Assembly (NCBI GenBank): GCA_016192685.1
Contig: JACPTS010000001.1
Span: forward strand, 33,412 to 97,411
Length of the DNA stretch: 64,000 nucleotides
Direction: 5' to 3'
From: Candidatus Harrisonbacteria bacterium
Lineage (GTDB): Bacteria; Patescibacteriota; Minisyncoccia; UBA6257; 02-FULL-45-10c
Shown: piece after piece, positions 1-10,340 of the stretch
Numbering within the stretch: position 1 is the stretch's first letter
How the letters are laid out: the number at the start of each line of letters is the position of its first letter
Made by a program: the position numbers and the translations under genes
The notes under the pieces: generated by a model
What the model was told of the DNA's origin: nothing
The model's database searches: none
Seen by the model: the letters and a program-made list of their open reading frames with translations, nothing else

Positions 1-146
1 CCCTCGCCGTTCACGGTAAAACTCCGAAAAGTTGACGGCTCAACTGACCGCGAATAAATACGGACGTAAGAAAGAACCGACAATGCCAAAGCCGACATTA
101 AAACTAATCCCGCCCAACCCAAATAATTTTTAATTTTTGAATCCAT
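1..146 (-). CDS. SIMPL/DUF541-like protein, N-terminal part (runs off window edge)
   Basis: Hand translation MDSKIKNYLGWAGLVLMSALALSVLSYVRIYSRSVEPSTFRSFTVNGEG: TM anchor followed by the R-x-F/I-x-V-x-G-E-G start typical of SIMPL domains. Confidence 0.6.
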   Translation of the reverse strand, partial: MDSKIKNYLGWAGLVLMSALALSVLSYVRIYSRSVEPSTFRSFTVNGE

Positions 147-157
147 TTTCCTTAACC

Positions 158-403
158 TTAAGCTGCGAATTTATTATAAACCGAAGCCAACAACCAACCG
201 CCCACAAAACCGCCAACCAGATGCATCGCCGTTATCCAAATAGCGCCGTTCCAAGTGTAAGAAAATCCCGGATGCAGGCCGCCGACGGCTTGCACGGTCT
301 GATCTAAAACTCCGGTAGTAAGCGAAAGAGCCATTAATAAAAGCCAAGCGCCGCTCGCAAGAAGGCCGAAAGTAAGTCCCAATGCCTTAGAATTTAATTG
401 CAT
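158..403 (-). CDS. Small two-TM membrane protein (DUF5676-like)
   Basis: 81 aa, two hydrophobic helices, ends ...ASVYNKFAA. Confidence 0.6.
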   Translation of the reverse strand: MQLNSKALGLTFGLLASGAWLLLMALSLTTGVLDQTVQAVGGLHPGFSYTWNGAIWITAMHLVGGFVGGWLLASVYNKFAA

Positions 404-442
404 AAAAAATATCAGAATCTATAATTTAAAACGACCTTTTTC

Positions 443-601
443 TTATTTTTTATTTAAATGTTTCCAAAGAAGGGCGATGACTAAAACCAGTATTGTCCAA
501 ACTAAAAGCGTAGTAATCAAACCCGCGCCCCCGCCAGCCAGCCCATATCCTCTCCAATAGCCGCCGTCCCAGCCCATCATATTGTACATATAACGCATCA
601 T
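443..601 (-). CDS. Small Met/Gly-rich single-TM membrane protein (not in ORF track)
   Basis: Hand translation MMRYMYNMMGWDGGYWRGYGLAGGGAGLITTLLVWTILVLVIALLWKHLNKK*; fits between neighbours without overlap. Confidence 0.7.
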   Translation of the reverse strand: MMRYMYNMMGWDGGYWRGYGLAGGGAGLITTLLVWTILVLVIALLWKHLNKK

Positions 602-628
602 AAATTTTTATATTTATAATTTTCGACT

Positions 629-1012
629 TTAAGAAAACCATTCCTTCCAATTTCGCGGCCAGCCAATCAGCAATAGAAGCGCAAGCGGCGCGCCCCAATT
701 AGCCCAGCGCTCCACAAAATCCAGCCAGCCTACGCCGACTAAAGGCCTGATCAACGCAGTCCAAAATCCCCAAAAAGCCATCCAAAGCAGCGCCAACCGA
801 ACTGGCCTGGCTAAAACTAAAATTGCTAAAAGCACATCCATTACTCCAATCCAAAAAAGAAGCGTGGTCGCGGTATTCGGGTCAGAAATTCCAAAATTCG
901 CAAACCAGCCGACCCAATCCTTTTTTCCCTGAAGCGCCAGCATTCCATGCCCAATAAACTCTCCGGCCACCGCCACCCGTAAAACCCACCCTATTACTTT
1001 TTTATTTTCCAT
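629..1012 (-). CDS. DoxX-like membrane protein
   Basis: LRVAVAGEFIGHG N-terminal motif, about 4 TM segments. Confidence 0.65.
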   Translation of the reverse strand: MENKKVIGWVLRVAVAGEFIGHGMLALQGKKDWVGWFANFGISDPNTATTLLFWIGVMDVLLAILVLARPVRLALLWMAFWGFWTALIRPLVGVGWLDFVERWANWGAPLALLLLIGWPRNWKEWFS

Positions 1013-1032
1013 ATATATTCATTATACTCTTT

Positions 1033-1170
1033 TTATTCTCCGTCGCCAAAAACCACGGACTTTAGTCCGTGAATGAAGGCGCGGAGAACCCTCCGAAGCC
1101 TTGGCGAAGGAGGGTTGAGGCTTTGGAGAATTCCGCTAGAAACCCCGGCCTTTAAGGCCGGGGAGCTTCA
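1033..1170 (-). mobile_element. Non-autonomous three-hairpin element with IS200/IS605-like ends (family C, copy 1)
   Basis: Reverse complement aligns end to end with 39855-39992; hairpins CCACGGAC..GTCCGTG, CCCTCCGAAGC..GGAGGG and CCCCGGCC-TTTAA-GGCCGGGG. Confidence 0.7.
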
Positions 1171-1566
1171 TTACTGAAACCTAATCTGGAAATTATACAT
1201 CCCCATAGAACAAAGTCCCCGCATCGTGCCTCGCGCCTGTTCCGGGGTAATGGCAATTTCTTCAATTCCTGATGGCTGAAGAAATTTTTGGTATGAAAGT
1301 TTTGGAATAACTAAACTGGCTGAACAATCAAAAGTCCCATTTGTCTTTACCCGCAAGGTAGTTGGCAGACCGGCTTTCGCGGAAATTAAGCGCGGCGAAT
1401 AACCGCCTTTGGCGGATACATCAATAATTTGTTTGCCGCCCGCGGCAGAAACAGAAGCTGTATCTCCGGCATTAATGCCCTCGCCAGATTTACCGGAAAC
1501 AAACCAGAGCGCTCCTCCTATCAGGAGTCCGCTTATTATAATAGAAATGATAATTGGCTTATCCAT
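1171..1566 (-). CDS. Membrane-anchored cupredoxin-domain protein
   Basis: GGYSP...C...CSMGMY cupredoxin (EfeO/Cupredoxin_1-like) motif; start set to MDKPII. Confidence 0.8.
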   Translation of the reverse strand: MDKPIIISIIISGLLIGGALWFVSGKSGEGINAGDTASVSAAGGKQIIDVSAKGGYSPRLISAKAGLPTTLRVKTNGTFDCSASLVIPKLSYQKFLQPSGIEEIAITPEQARGTMRGLCSMGMYNFQIRFQ

Positions 1567-1573
1567 CCCTTTT

Positions 1574-2590
1574 TTATAAATTAAATAACGGATTAATAAT
1601 TCCAGCCGCGGCAAGCGTGTTAGCAAGATTGAATAAAGCCAGCGCAATCACAATAATTCCGGCGGTTTTAAAAAATATTCCCTTCCACGATTTATGCGCA
1701 ATGTTAAGCGCGCCAAACGAAAGAAGCGCGAGCATTGGTAAGGTGCCAAGCGCGAAGACAGCCATCGTAAGAGCGCCTTTTATAAAACTTCCAGTGGCGA
1801 GCGTGTAAAGTTGTATGGATTGCGTAAATCCGCAGGGCAGAAAGAAGGTTCCTATTCCAACCAACACCGGCGCTAAGTAATGATCGTGCTTGCTCCCGCG
1901 AACAATATGCTTTGATAGCCGCGCAGGAAGCGTAAATTGTAACCTCTTGGCAAAATGAAATATATCAAGCAAATTAATGCCGAGAATCAACATCGCCAAA
2001 GCAACCATAATACCAAGTACAATATTTGCGTTAAGCCCAAGCTGAAAAGCACTTCCGATTGTTCCGATAGCGCCTCCGAGTACAAAAAATCCACCTAATC
2101 TGCCCGCGTGAAAAAGTGTCTGCGTTCGCCAGGTGCCTCCTTCTTTCGCGGAACTTGCGGAAAGGGATAGAACCAATCCTCCAACAACCGCAAGGCAAGT
2201 AGATACCGAAGCGATAAGCCCGATGATAAATGCTGTTCCGTAACTCACATCGGAAGTAGTAATGAAATTAACCAATCCGGCTTTTTGAAGCGCAAGAAAA
2301 CCCGCAATAAACAATAAAGCGATTGGAAAGGCGTAAGCGAAATCTTCCCACCGAGCGTCTTTTCTGAATTGCTCTAATGAAATAGTATAGCCGTAACTTT
2401 TTACCGACTTCGTTAAATCTTCTGCCAGGGCTTCGGGCAGGCCGGTAAAATCTCCGGTTATCGTTACCTGATTATTCGCAAGCGATGCTTTAACCTGACT
2501 GATATTGGGGAATTCTTTAAAAGTTTCTTCAATCAAAAGAGTGCAGGAGGCGCAGTGCATGCCGTTCACATGAAAAATATATGTTTTCAT
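1574..2590 (-). CDS. HMA domain fused to DsbD_2/TauE-SafE-like membrane domain
   Basis: GMHCASC metal-binding motif; TM region with STCLAVVGG and FFLPCGFTQ. Confidence 0.85.
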   Translation of the reverse strand: MKTYIFHVNGMHCASCTLLIEETFKEFPNISQVKASLANNQVTITGDFTGLPEALAEDLTKSVKSYGYTISLEQFRKDARWEDFAYAFPIALLFIAGFLALQKAGLVNFITTSDVSYGTAFIIGLIASVSTCLAVVGGLVLSLSASSAKEGGTWRTQTLFHAGRLGGFFVLGGAIGTIGSAFQLGLNANIVLGIMVALAMLILGINLLDIFHFAKRLQFTLPARLSKHIVRGSKHDHYLAPVLVGIGTFFLPCGFTQSIQLYTLATGSFIKGALTMAVFALGTLPMLALLSFGALNIAHKSWKGIFFKTAGIIVIALALFNLANTLAAAGIINPLFNL

Positions 2591-4905
2591 AACTTCTTTA
2601 ATCTTAAAGAATTTAATACTACGGAAAGCGAACTAAAAGCCATTGCCGCTCCGGCAAAAATAGGATTAAGCAAAATCCCCCATACCGGCCAAAAAACTCC
2701 GGCGGCTATCGGAATTAAAAGTATATTATAAAAGAAAGCCCAAAAGAGATTTTGTTTTATATTAGCCAAAGTTTTTCTGCTGATTACGACCGCATTGGCG
2801 ATTCCCAGCGGATCACCGGATACCAGCGTAATATCCGCGGATTCAATAGCAATATCCGTACCAGTGCCGATGGCAATTCCGACATCCGCCTGCGTTAACG
2901 CCGGCGCGTCATTAATCCCGTCACCAACCATTGCCACCATTTTCCCCGAAACTTGCAATTCCTTTATTTTCTCGGCTTTGTCTTGAGGCAAAACTCGCGC
3001 CATTACTTTGTCAATGCCGACAATCTGCGCAATCGCGCGCGCCGTCCGCTCATTATCGCCGGTAATAAGCCACACCTCTAAACCAAGCGAGCGCAATCGC
3101 TGAACAGCTTCTTTAGCGGTTGGTTTAATAGTATCCGCCACGGCAATAATTCCGAGAAGCGTTTGGGCATCGGCAAGAAGTAAAAGAGTTTTTCCGTCAC
3201 TTTCCAATCTTTCAATCAATTCCTGCCTGGCGGAAATATCAATTTTTTTTGATTGCATCAAAGCCGCGTTTCCGAAATAAAGTTTTTTATTGCCCTTCTC
3301 CGCCGCGACATCTCCTTCAATGCCCTGTCCGGGAATAGCTTTAAAATTCGTCACCGCGTAAAGCCGCGCTTTTTCCACGGCGGCTTTCACTGCCCTATCC
3401 AAAGGATGAGACGAAAAAGAACCCAAACTGGCCGCGTAAGCCACAATTGATTGCGCGATCGGATGTTCTGATAATTTTTCCAGAGACGCGGCGTATCGCA
3501 CGACTTTATTTTCACCATTCTCTAAAAATGCGATGACATCAGTTACCGACGGTTCACCCTTGGTAATAGTGCCAGTTTTATCCAAAACAACGGCATTTAC
3601 TTTACCGGCTAATTCCAGCGCTTCCGCGTCGCGGATAATTACTCCGTGTTCCGCCGCCTTGCCAGTGCCAACCATAATGGAAGTCGGAGTAGCCAATCCC
3701 ATAGCGCAAGGGCAAGCCACCACTAAAACCGCGATAGAATTTACTAAAGCAAACGAAAAAGCTGAATCGGTTCCTAATACCATCCAGGCCGCAAAAGTTG
3801 CAACGGAAATGAATAATACAATCGGCACAAAATAAGAAACTACTAAATCCGCCATTTTTTGAATCGGCGCGCGGCTGGCTTGAGCCGCTTCCACCATGGC
3901 GACTATTTGCGACAAAAAAGAATCTTGGCCGACCTTAGTCGCTTTCATTTTAAAGCTGGAAGTTTTATTGATAGTCGCTCCGATTACCGCGCCGCCTTCT
4001 TTTTTATCAACCGGAAGCGATTCGCCGGTAACCATTGATTCATCTAAAGTCGCCACGCCCTCAATAATAATTCCGTCCACCGGAATTTTTTCTCCCGGCT
4101 TCACAAGAAGAACATCGCCAGACACAACTTTTTCAATCGGAACTTCCATTTCGTGCCTGCCTTCATGCAAAAGATGGGCGGTTTTTGCCTGAAGTTTGAG
4201 CAATTTCTTGATTGCTTCTGATGCCGATCCCTTAGCTTTAGCTTCCAAATATTTCCCTAAAATCACTAAAGTAGTAACTACTGCCGCAACATCAAAATAC
4301 ACATCCAATTTTATCTGCGACTTAATTTGGGCAATCTCCAGAAAAGTCACCGCTAATCCGGAAAAATAAGCTACTCCGGTTCCTAAAACCACCAAAGTAT
4401 CCATACTGACATTGAAACGCTTTAATGAAGCCCAAGAACTTACCCAAAACTGCCTGCCAACTATAAATTCAACCGGAGTCGCCAAAACCATCAATAAGAA
4501 AAATCTGGCGCTTTTAGGCAAAAAATCCGATATAAACGGAAAATAATCCGGCAGACTTAAAATTATAATCGCCGCGGATAAAACCGCTCCGGCAAAAAAT
4601 TTCTTCCAAAGCTTTTTAATTTCTTCCTCTTTTAACATTTTGGCATGATCATGCTCGCCCATATCGCCAGACATCCGCATATTTACCATTTGCTCTTCCA
4701 CTAATTCATAACCGGTTTTTTCCTTAACAAAACTTTGAATTTTTTGGCTATCAATATCAGTCTTACTTTCAACCACCGCTTTTTCAGTCGCATAATTCAC
4801 ATTAGCGGATTCTAATTCCGGCATTCCTTTTAATGCCCTCTCAATCGTTAGGGCGCAAGACGCGCAATCCATTCCTCTTACTATGAATGTCTTTTTTTGT
4901 TTCAT
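2587..4905 (-). CDS. copA: Copper-translocating P1B-type ATPase
   Basis: [32 protein letters not shown] and MAFSS motifs. Confidence 0.93.
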   Translation of the reverse strand: MKQKKTFIVRGMDCASCALTIERALKGMPELESANVNYATEKAVVESKTDIDSQKIQSFVKEKTGYELVEEQMVNMRMSGDMGEHDHAKMLKEEEIKKLWKKFFAGAVLSAAIIILSLPDYFPFISDFLPKSARFFLLMVLATPVEFIVGRQFWVSSWASLKRFNVSMDTLVVLGTGVAYFSGLAVTFLEIAQIKSQIKLDVYFDVAAVVTTLVILGKYLEAKAKGSASEAIKKLLKLQAKTAHLLHEGRHEMEVPIEKVVSGDVLLVKPGEKIPVDGIIIEGVATLDESMVTGESLPVDKKEGGAVIGATINKTSSFKMKATKVGQDSFLSQIVAMVEAAQASRAPIQKMADLVVSYFVPIVLFISVATFAAWMVLGTDSAFSFALVNSIAVLVVACPCAMGLATPTSIMVGTGKAAEHGVIIRDAEALELAGKVNAVVLDKTGTITKGEPSVTDVIAFLENGENKVVRYAASLEKLSEHPIAQSIVAYAASLGSFSSHPLDRAVKAAVEKARLYAVTNFKAIPGQGIEGDVAAEKGNKKLYFGNAALMQSKKIDISARQELIERLESDGKTLLLLADAQTLLGIIAVADTIKPTAKEAVQRLRSLGLEVWLITGDNERTARAIAQIVGIDKVMARVLPQDKAEKIKELQVSGKMVAMVGDGINDAPALTQADVGIAIGTGTDIAIESADITLVSGDPLGIANAVVISRKTLANIKQNLFWAFFYNILLIPIAAGVFWPVWGILLNPIFAGAAMAFSSLSVVLNSLRLKKL

Positions 4906-4921
4906 ATTATTTTTCTTTTTA

Positions 4922-5350
4922 TTATACTCCTTTTTTAAAACTTAAAATTAAAAATAACAAAAAAATCGCCGTAGCAGTAAGGGCAGAAACCATGCAATAT
5001 AAGCAAATCGCTTTAATCACAAAAACCTGCAGATAAACAAACCAAAGCGAAGCCAAAAATCCAACAATCGAAATTCGCATTAAGCCACTAAAATGTTTTT
5101 TATTTCCATTCCATAAATACCAAATCACTAAAAACAAAATCAGAAAATAATAAAACACTCCCAAAAGCGCTACCGGGATTCCCCCCAAAGTTGAATAAAT
5201 ACTGGCCGTAACCTTATCGCAGCCTTCTATTATTGAACAAATTACCGGCGCTCCCTGATAATGCTTAATTGCGAGATAAGATGCGTCTAAAAGACCGACT
5301 AAGCTAAGTGCCAGAATAATCCAAGCTAAATTTTTATTATTCTTAAACAT
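4922..5350 (-). CDS. Vitamin K epoxide reductase (VKOR) family protein
   Basis: C-x5-C loop (CSIIEGC), [12 protein letters not shown] active site. Confidence 0.9.
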   Translation of the reverse strand: MFKNNKNLAWIILALSLVGLLDASYLAIKHYQGAPVICSIIEGCDKVTASIYSTLGGIPVALLGVFYYFLILFLVIWYLWNGNKKHFSGLMRISIVGFLASLWFVYLQVFVIKAICLYCMVSALTATAIFLLFLILSFKKGV

Positions 5351-5428
5351 AATTACTAATAATTCAGAAAACTAAAAAGCCCCCTAAGGAGCAAAATGGC
5401 GAATCTAAAATCAGCTAATAATAGCCGT

Positions 5429-5839
5429 TTAGAAACGCCCCATAAATAAAGCCGGGCTATTTTCCAAAAGCGAAAGCCAGGTTTGTATCGGAATAAGAAG
5501 TAAGCCGTTAGAAAACTGATTTGCTAAAAGATTTAACGGATAAAAATAGCGGTTTTCTTTCCGATTATGCGGAATAATGGAGGGGGTAAGAAAAGCGAGT
5601 AAGACGAGGCTAATAATTATTAGTAAATTTTGCGAGGCCGTAAAATTGGAAAGTACTTTTGCGGCATTAAGATGAAAATTCGCTTCGCTAAAAGGATTAC
5701 TGCCGGCCGGGCATTTTGCTCCCATCATCAAAGCAGCAATGCAACCGGAAAAATGACCTGTTCCCATATCCATTGCCAGCGCCCCCAAAACCGAAAGGCT
5801 CGCAAAACTTATAACCGCCATTAATAAAATCCATCTCAT
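5429..5839 (-). CDS. Hypothetical membrane protein with Cys/His/Met residues
   Basis: Signal/TM segments plus MDMGTGH..C..C..H; upstream of the metal cluster; start uncertain. Confidence 0.55.
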   Translation of the reverse strand: MRWILLMAVISFASLSVLGALAMDMGTGHFSGCIAALMMGAKCPAGSNPFSEANFHLNAAKVLSNFTASQNLLIIISLVLLAFLTPSIIPHNRKENRYFYPLNLLANQFSNGLLLIPIQTWLSLLENSPALFMGRF

Positions 5840-5900
5840 AACGCTTTTATTATAGCTCATAATATACTTAAAATAAAAGAGGCGTTGACGCCTCAAACTT

Positions 5901-6317
5901 TTAATTGCTTTTCGGCAATTTAGGCAAAAGGAAACTGACGATGCTTCTGCCGGTCTTAAGATTTTTTTTCATTTCTTCCTGGTCAGGATTTAAGATTAAA
6001 GCCGGCATTTCTAAATTGGTCGTAATGGGTTCTCTTTCGTTATTTAAGGGGATAACCTGAAATTTAAGGCCTTTCGGATTTAATTTTATAAGTTCCACCC
6101 GCATTAAAATAACATCAATACCCTCTTTATCCGCCATTCGCAACTTAGCAATGCTCATGGCATCAATAACGGAACAAATTAACTGGTAAAAAATATCGGC
6201 TAAAGCTTTCGGCTCCTCTACTCCAAGGCATTCAGCCACGTCTTTTGCGAACATTTCCACAAAATCATGCTGAAATTTCCCCGGGTCTTCGCGGTATCCG
6301 GCTTCAACAAATTTCAT
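5901..6317 (-). CDS. Hypothetical protein
   Basis: 138 aa ORF co-oriented with neighbours. Confidence 0.55.
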   Translation of the reverse strand: MKFVEAGYREDPGKFQHDFVEMFAKDVAECLGVEEPKALADIFYQLICSVIDAMSIAKLRMADKEGIDVILMRVELIKLNPKGLKFQVIPLNNEREPITTNLEMPALILNPDQEEMKKNLKTGRSIVSFLLPKLPKSN

Positions 6318-6343
6318 TCCCTAATTTTGTTAAGGGACGCTAA

Positions 6344-7066
6344 TTAAAGAGTAACAAAATTATTGCTAAATTTCCAGTTTATTTTATACCAATTCAAGTG
6401 TTCATAGACGCTCGCCCAATATAAACCAAAAAAGAAGGCGAATAGCAGCTCTTCCAGCGGTATTCCAAAAATTAGTTTCCCCGAAATATTAGAAAAATTC
6501 CAAACCGCTTCAACATATCCCGGATACAATAGAATTAAAATCTGAAAATAAATAAAATAGATGCCGAGAAAAATCAAGCCGCTGGCCGCCATCTTTCCTT
6601 TTAAATCCGGCCGGCAATACCAAGCCGCGAAAAAACCGAATATCAATGAAAAAATTGCGCTATAAATCGGATTCATTACATTAGCAAAAATCAAAAATAC
6701 AAAAAGAAATGGCGGTAAAACTACTGCCAGCCAATGAAACCGGTGTTGTTTTCCATTCATTTCTTCAACGCTCATTTTTTCATGCCGCAATGGGAAAATC
6801 AATTCGTAAATTGCGGTCGCAATTCCGCCGATGGCAAAAGAAAAAATAAAGCTCTCCAAATCAAATCCGGTTCTTTGCGCCAAATCAAACAAGGTCGGCG
6901 GATTCCAATATTCCGGAACAAAAAGCGGTTCGGTTAAACCAAGCAAAGAAGTCCAAAAACTCATTTTCAGCATTTCTGACCGGCTCTCTTTTTCTTTGGT
7001 CAAAAAATAAACGATTACCCAGACCGCTAAAAGAATTAAACTCCAAAAAAACCAAGCATAATGCAT
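6344..7066 (-). CDS. Lycopene-cyclase-domain membrane protein
   Basis: Two repeated TM halves with FDLES and GIPLEE motifs. Confidence 0.7.
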   Translation of the reverse strand: MHYAWFFWSLILLAVWVIVYFLTKEKESRSEMLKMSFWTSLLGLTEPLFVPEYWNPPTLFDLAQRTGFDLESFIFSFAIGGIATAIYELIFPLRHEKMSVEEMNGKQHRFHWLAVVLPPFLFVFLIFANVMNPIYSAIFSLIFGFFAAWYCRPDLKGKMAASGLIFLGIYFIYFQILILLYPGYVEAVWNFSNISGKLIFGIPLEELLFAFFFGLYWASVYEHLNWYKINWKFSNNFVTL

Positions 7067-7081
7067 ATTTAATTTCTCAAA

Positions 7082-7858
7082 TCACTTTATTGCCTCTAAA
7101 AACAAAAACAAAGGAATTTCTTTGCGGACGCGATCCTCCGCTTTGGCGCGCGGTCCAGATTCGCTTTTTTTATGGGAACTCCATTCTTCCAGGCGGCTCA
7201 CACAAAACCCGGATTTTTCCAGCGCCTTGAAATAAAACTGAAGCGGCCGATGAAAAGAAATCGTGTATTCGCTCCGCCGACCGCGAATTTGAGCCGAAGG
7301 ATGCATTTCAATTTTTGACCGCGATTCGGAAAGATAGCTGTCAATCCTCCGATACTGGATTTTATTTTTGGCATCCCATTCCCAACCGGAATATTTGGGG
7401 ACCCGAAAAGCCGGGTGGTTTAACACTAAAAATAATTTTCCTTCCGGCTTTAAAACCCGGGCGCATTCCTCAAAAACCCCATTAGCATTCTCTATATTTT
7501 GAATTGTCAGAATTAACACCGCCTTATCCAAGCTTTGGTTTTTTAACATTTTTAAATCATCCGCCGAAGCGGCAAAATAAAGAACCTGGCCCGGCGGATA
7601 GCCGCGGGTATGGCTTTTGGCAGCTTCAACCAGCTCTTTAGAAATATCCACGCCGATTACCTTAGCTCCTTTTTTCAAAAATTCGGCGGCAAAAAATCCC
7701 GGCCCGCAGCCCAAATCCAAAATCACCTCGCCTTTTTTAATGTTTAACAGCCGGAGCAAATTCGGTAAAATCACTTCTTTTTGATAAGTCCTTTCTCCGC
7801 TTAATAAATTTTGGTACCATCCGGCCACTCCTCCCCAGGAGGTTTTTAACTTTTTCAT
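7082..7858 (-). CDS. Class I SAM-dependent methyltransferase
   Basis: ILDLGCGPG motif I, GVDIS, RVLKPEG. Confidence 0.88.
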   Translation of the reverse strand: MKKLKTSWGGVAGWYQNLLSGERTYQKEVILPNLLRLLNIKKGEVILDLGCGPGFFAAEFLKKGAKVIGVDISKELVEAAKSHTRGYPPGQVLYFAASADDLKMLKNQSLDKAVLILTIQNIENANGVFEECARVLKPEGKLFLVLNHPAFRVPKYSGWEWDAKNKIQYRRIDSYLSESRSKIEMHPSAQIRGRRSEYTISFHRPLQFYFKALEKSGFCVSRLEEWSSHKKSESGPRAKAEDRVRKEIPLFLFLEAIK

Positions 7859-7908
7859 AATTTATGCATCCTTTTCATCTCTAACAGTCTTTGCTATTAT
7901 AATATCAT

Positions 7909-7980
7909 TCCGGGATAGCTCAGCGGTAGAGCGGCGCGCTGTTAACGCGACGGTCGCAGGTTCGATCCCTGCTCCCGGAG
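7909..7980 (+). tRNA. tRNA-Asn(GTT)
   Basis: Acceptor TCCGGGA/TCCCGGA, D-arm GCTC..GAGC, loop CT-GTT-AA, T-arm GCAGG-TTCGATC-CCTGC; CCA not encoded. Confidence 0.95.
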
Positions 7981-9603
7981 CAAAGGGCGTGATTTGGGGT
8001 AGAAATCCCCGAATCGTGCCTTCACTGGGGGCTTTTCCGAGGTTCGAATATTATTTCGAGGTTCGGAGAGCTCCAACGCATGGTTGAAAGGTTCCATGAG
8101 CAATGCACCGCTAAATATGGCGGTGTTTTGCTTTGGTTCGAATTTTTTCCATGCGGGGGTAAACTTTGCGAGTATTTCAAAGGCTTTGCTGTAACCGACG
8201 GTCAGTTCACCGTCTTTTATGGTGAGCGTTGAAAACATCAGGTTCATTAAGAGTCGTTTCTCGTCTATCGTCCGTTTCGGGTTTGAGTAAATCTCTTTGG
8301 CGCGATGCGCGAGATCAATAATACTTGCCCCTAGCTCATAGTATTTGTTACCCGCATTGTCTAGCTTCTTGAGTTCCGAAAGCACTTCCTCTTTTTCTTT
8401 GGTGTATTGATCATATTTCGTTTGATAAAATTCTGGCGTGATTTTGCCGTCAATCTTATCGTCATAAATTGCTTCAAGCCGTTTCTGCACGATCTGATAG
8501 CGGCTATTGAGGTTACTCCTAACGCCTGAACTGTAGGAAATCTCGTCAGCGTGGCTATCATTCAAGGCTTTCTTGATCCACTCAATGAGCCGTTCGTTTT
8601 TAAGGTTTATCTTCTCGAAGTACGGCATCAGGTTTTCCTCTACCTTTTCTTGGCGTATAAATTTGCGCTGGGTGCAATTGCGGTACTTATTGCAATGGCC
8701 GTACCAATGTCCTTTTTGAATTTCCCATGTAACCGATCCGCCACACTCCGAACACTTGATAAGTGCTTTGAAAAGCGGCGTGTGTTTGCGATAACGCGGT
8801 GCGCCATTTCTTTTAATTTTTACCTGTACCGCATTGAATAAGTCCTCGTTGATAAGCGGTTCATGTGCGCCTGCGTGAATTGCGCCGTTGTAGCGAATCT
8901 TGCCGATATAAAAAGGGTCTGTTAGGAGTTCGGCAACGCGGGATTTATAGACCTTGCCGCCACTCGAGCTTTTCAAACCCGCGTCATACAAAACATTCAC
9001 GATGGTCTTGGTTGAGTAATTGCCAGTTGCGTACATCTCAAACATTTTCTTTACGATATGCGCTTTCTCCTCATCGATGACATGAGTCTTGCGCCCTTTT
9101 TCTCCAATGCTCTTGTAGCCAAGCGGCGGTTTTGTCGGCAGCCATCCTTGCCGTAGTTTCTCGCCGAGCCCCTTTTTCACTTCCTCCGAAAGATTATCAA
9201 TATAGTTTTTTGCAAAAAGAATACGAATGCCCCAGTTTAGCTTTTCTTGCGATTTTGAGTTTTTGTGGAGTATCAACGAATCCTTCACGAGGTGTACTTG
9301 TCGTTCCTCATCTTCTTCGAGCCATTCATCAATCGAGACGGCGTCTTTGAAGTTACGGGTGAGACGATCCACTTTCTCGCAGATGATGACTTTGATTCCT
9401 TGCTTAGTTACATACTCCATCATCTGCCCGAAAACCTCTCGTTGTTTCTTGCCGCTTGCAGATTCAGAGATTGAAAAAACCTTGCCGATCTGGAATGTTT
9501 TCCTTTCGGCATATTCTTTGAGGAACTTCTCTTGAGCAGGCAGAGAATAGCCTGTTTCCTCTTGGTCTTTTGATGATACTCTTGCGTAAATTACGGCTTT
9601 CAT
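7942..9603 (-). CDS. Large serine recombinase (integrase)
   Basis: YARVSS catalytic Ser, DRLTRN, recombinase domain (PPLGY..PFYIG), Zn ribbon CSECG..C..C, coiled coil. Confidence 0.93.
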   Translation of the reverse strand: MKAVIYARVSSKDQEETGYSLPAQEKFLKEYAERKTFQIGKVFSISESASGKKQREVFGQMMEYVTKQGIKVIICEKVDRLTRNFKDAVSIDEWLEEDEERQVHLVKDSLILHKNSKSQEKLNWGIRILFAKNYIDNLSEEVKKGLGEKLRQGWLPTKPPLGYKSIGEKGRKTHVIDEEKAHIVKKMFEMYATGNYSTKTIVNVLYDAGLKSSSGGKVYKSRVAELLTDPFYIGKIRYNGAIHAGAHEPLINEDLFNAVQVKIKRNGAPRYRKHTPLFKALIKCSECGGSVTWEIQKGHWYGHCNKYRNCTQRKFIRQEKVEENLMPYFEKINLKNERLIEWIKKALNDSHADEISYSSGVRSNLNSRYQIVQKRLEAIYDDKIDGKITPEFYQTKYDQYTKEKEEVLSELKKLDNAGNKYYELGASIIDLAHRAKEIYSNPKRTIDEKRLLMNLMFSTLTIKDGELTVGYSKAFEILAKFTPAWKKFEPKQNTAIFSGALLMEPFNHALELSEPRNNIRTSEKPPVKARFGDFYPKSRPLLREQGSNLRPSR

Positions 9604-9635
9604 TGTGGTTAGTCTGATTATAAATGGTTAACGTT

Positions 9636-9971
9636 TTATATCCAGAAATTTGGGGGAAGCCCCGCCTTGTCTGGGTATTCAAGGATTAGTTGCTTAACTT
9701 TGCGCTTTAATCCCTCAATGTCGTCCAAGACTTCGACGAGACGCCGAAACCAAGCATCGAATTCTGGTTTCTTGTCGATTTTGGCCTTGCTATCAGCGGC
9801 TATCAGATCGCAGGTGCGCCAGAGGAGTTTTGTGGTGTACGCCCTGCTTAAATGATGATCTTTTCTATCGAGTTCTTGCCACAATGCTCGTGCACTAATA
9901 TCAGGACGCTCTTTGAGTATTGTCCTTATTAGTTCTATGTGCAGGTTTTGTTTTTCTTTTGAGTATTTCAT
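9636..9971 (-). CDS. Hypothetical protein, possible HTH
   Basis: 111 aa directly upstream of the integrase; RPDISARALWQEL helix pattern. Confidence 0.55.
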   Translation of the reverse strand: MKYSKEKQNLHIELIRTILKERPDISARALWQELDRKDHHLSRAYTTKLLWRTCDLIAADSKAKIDKKPEFDAWFRRLVEVLDDIEGLKRKVKQLILEYPDKAGLPPNFWI

Positions 9972-10171
9972 GGATCGTTATTATTGATTTCACCCTGCTC
10001 CATTCCGCTCTAAGGGAGTTTATATGGTTCGTGATGGATTATTATTTTTGAATCGTTGTGCTGTTTTGCACGGTTTAGGACGGGGGGTGTTGTCGACGAT
10101 GGTTCGTTATGGGTTTTTTTTACAGTTCTTTAATTGTCTTTAAATTTCTTTAGGTTTCTTTACTGCGCGGA

Positions 10172-10340
10172 GTGTTCAGTCAGTTGAACACCTTACTTCG
10201 GAAACCGCTTATCGTAAGCCAATTTTCGCATCTGCCTTTCTAACTCTGTCGGGTCTCGCTGTTTAATTATCTGAACATCTTGTTCAGTCGGCTGAACGCC
10301 CTGTTCAATACGCTGAAGTAGTTGTTCAGCTATGTGAACA
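10172..10340. repeat. Palindromic iteron-like repeats TGTTCA-N6-TGAACA
   Basis: Copies at 10260, 10281, 10302 and 10323 (21-bp period) plus 10173; AT-rich 10-bp-period TCTTTA repeats at 10126-10162. Confidence 0.75.

Noticed and set aside
450-698. 82-aa ORF in the track
   Set aside because: Overlaps 629..1012; another frame (443..601) gives a more plausible TM protein
10172-10340. CRISPR array
   Set aside because: 21-bp period with no unique 30-40 bp spacers, and no cas genes in the window
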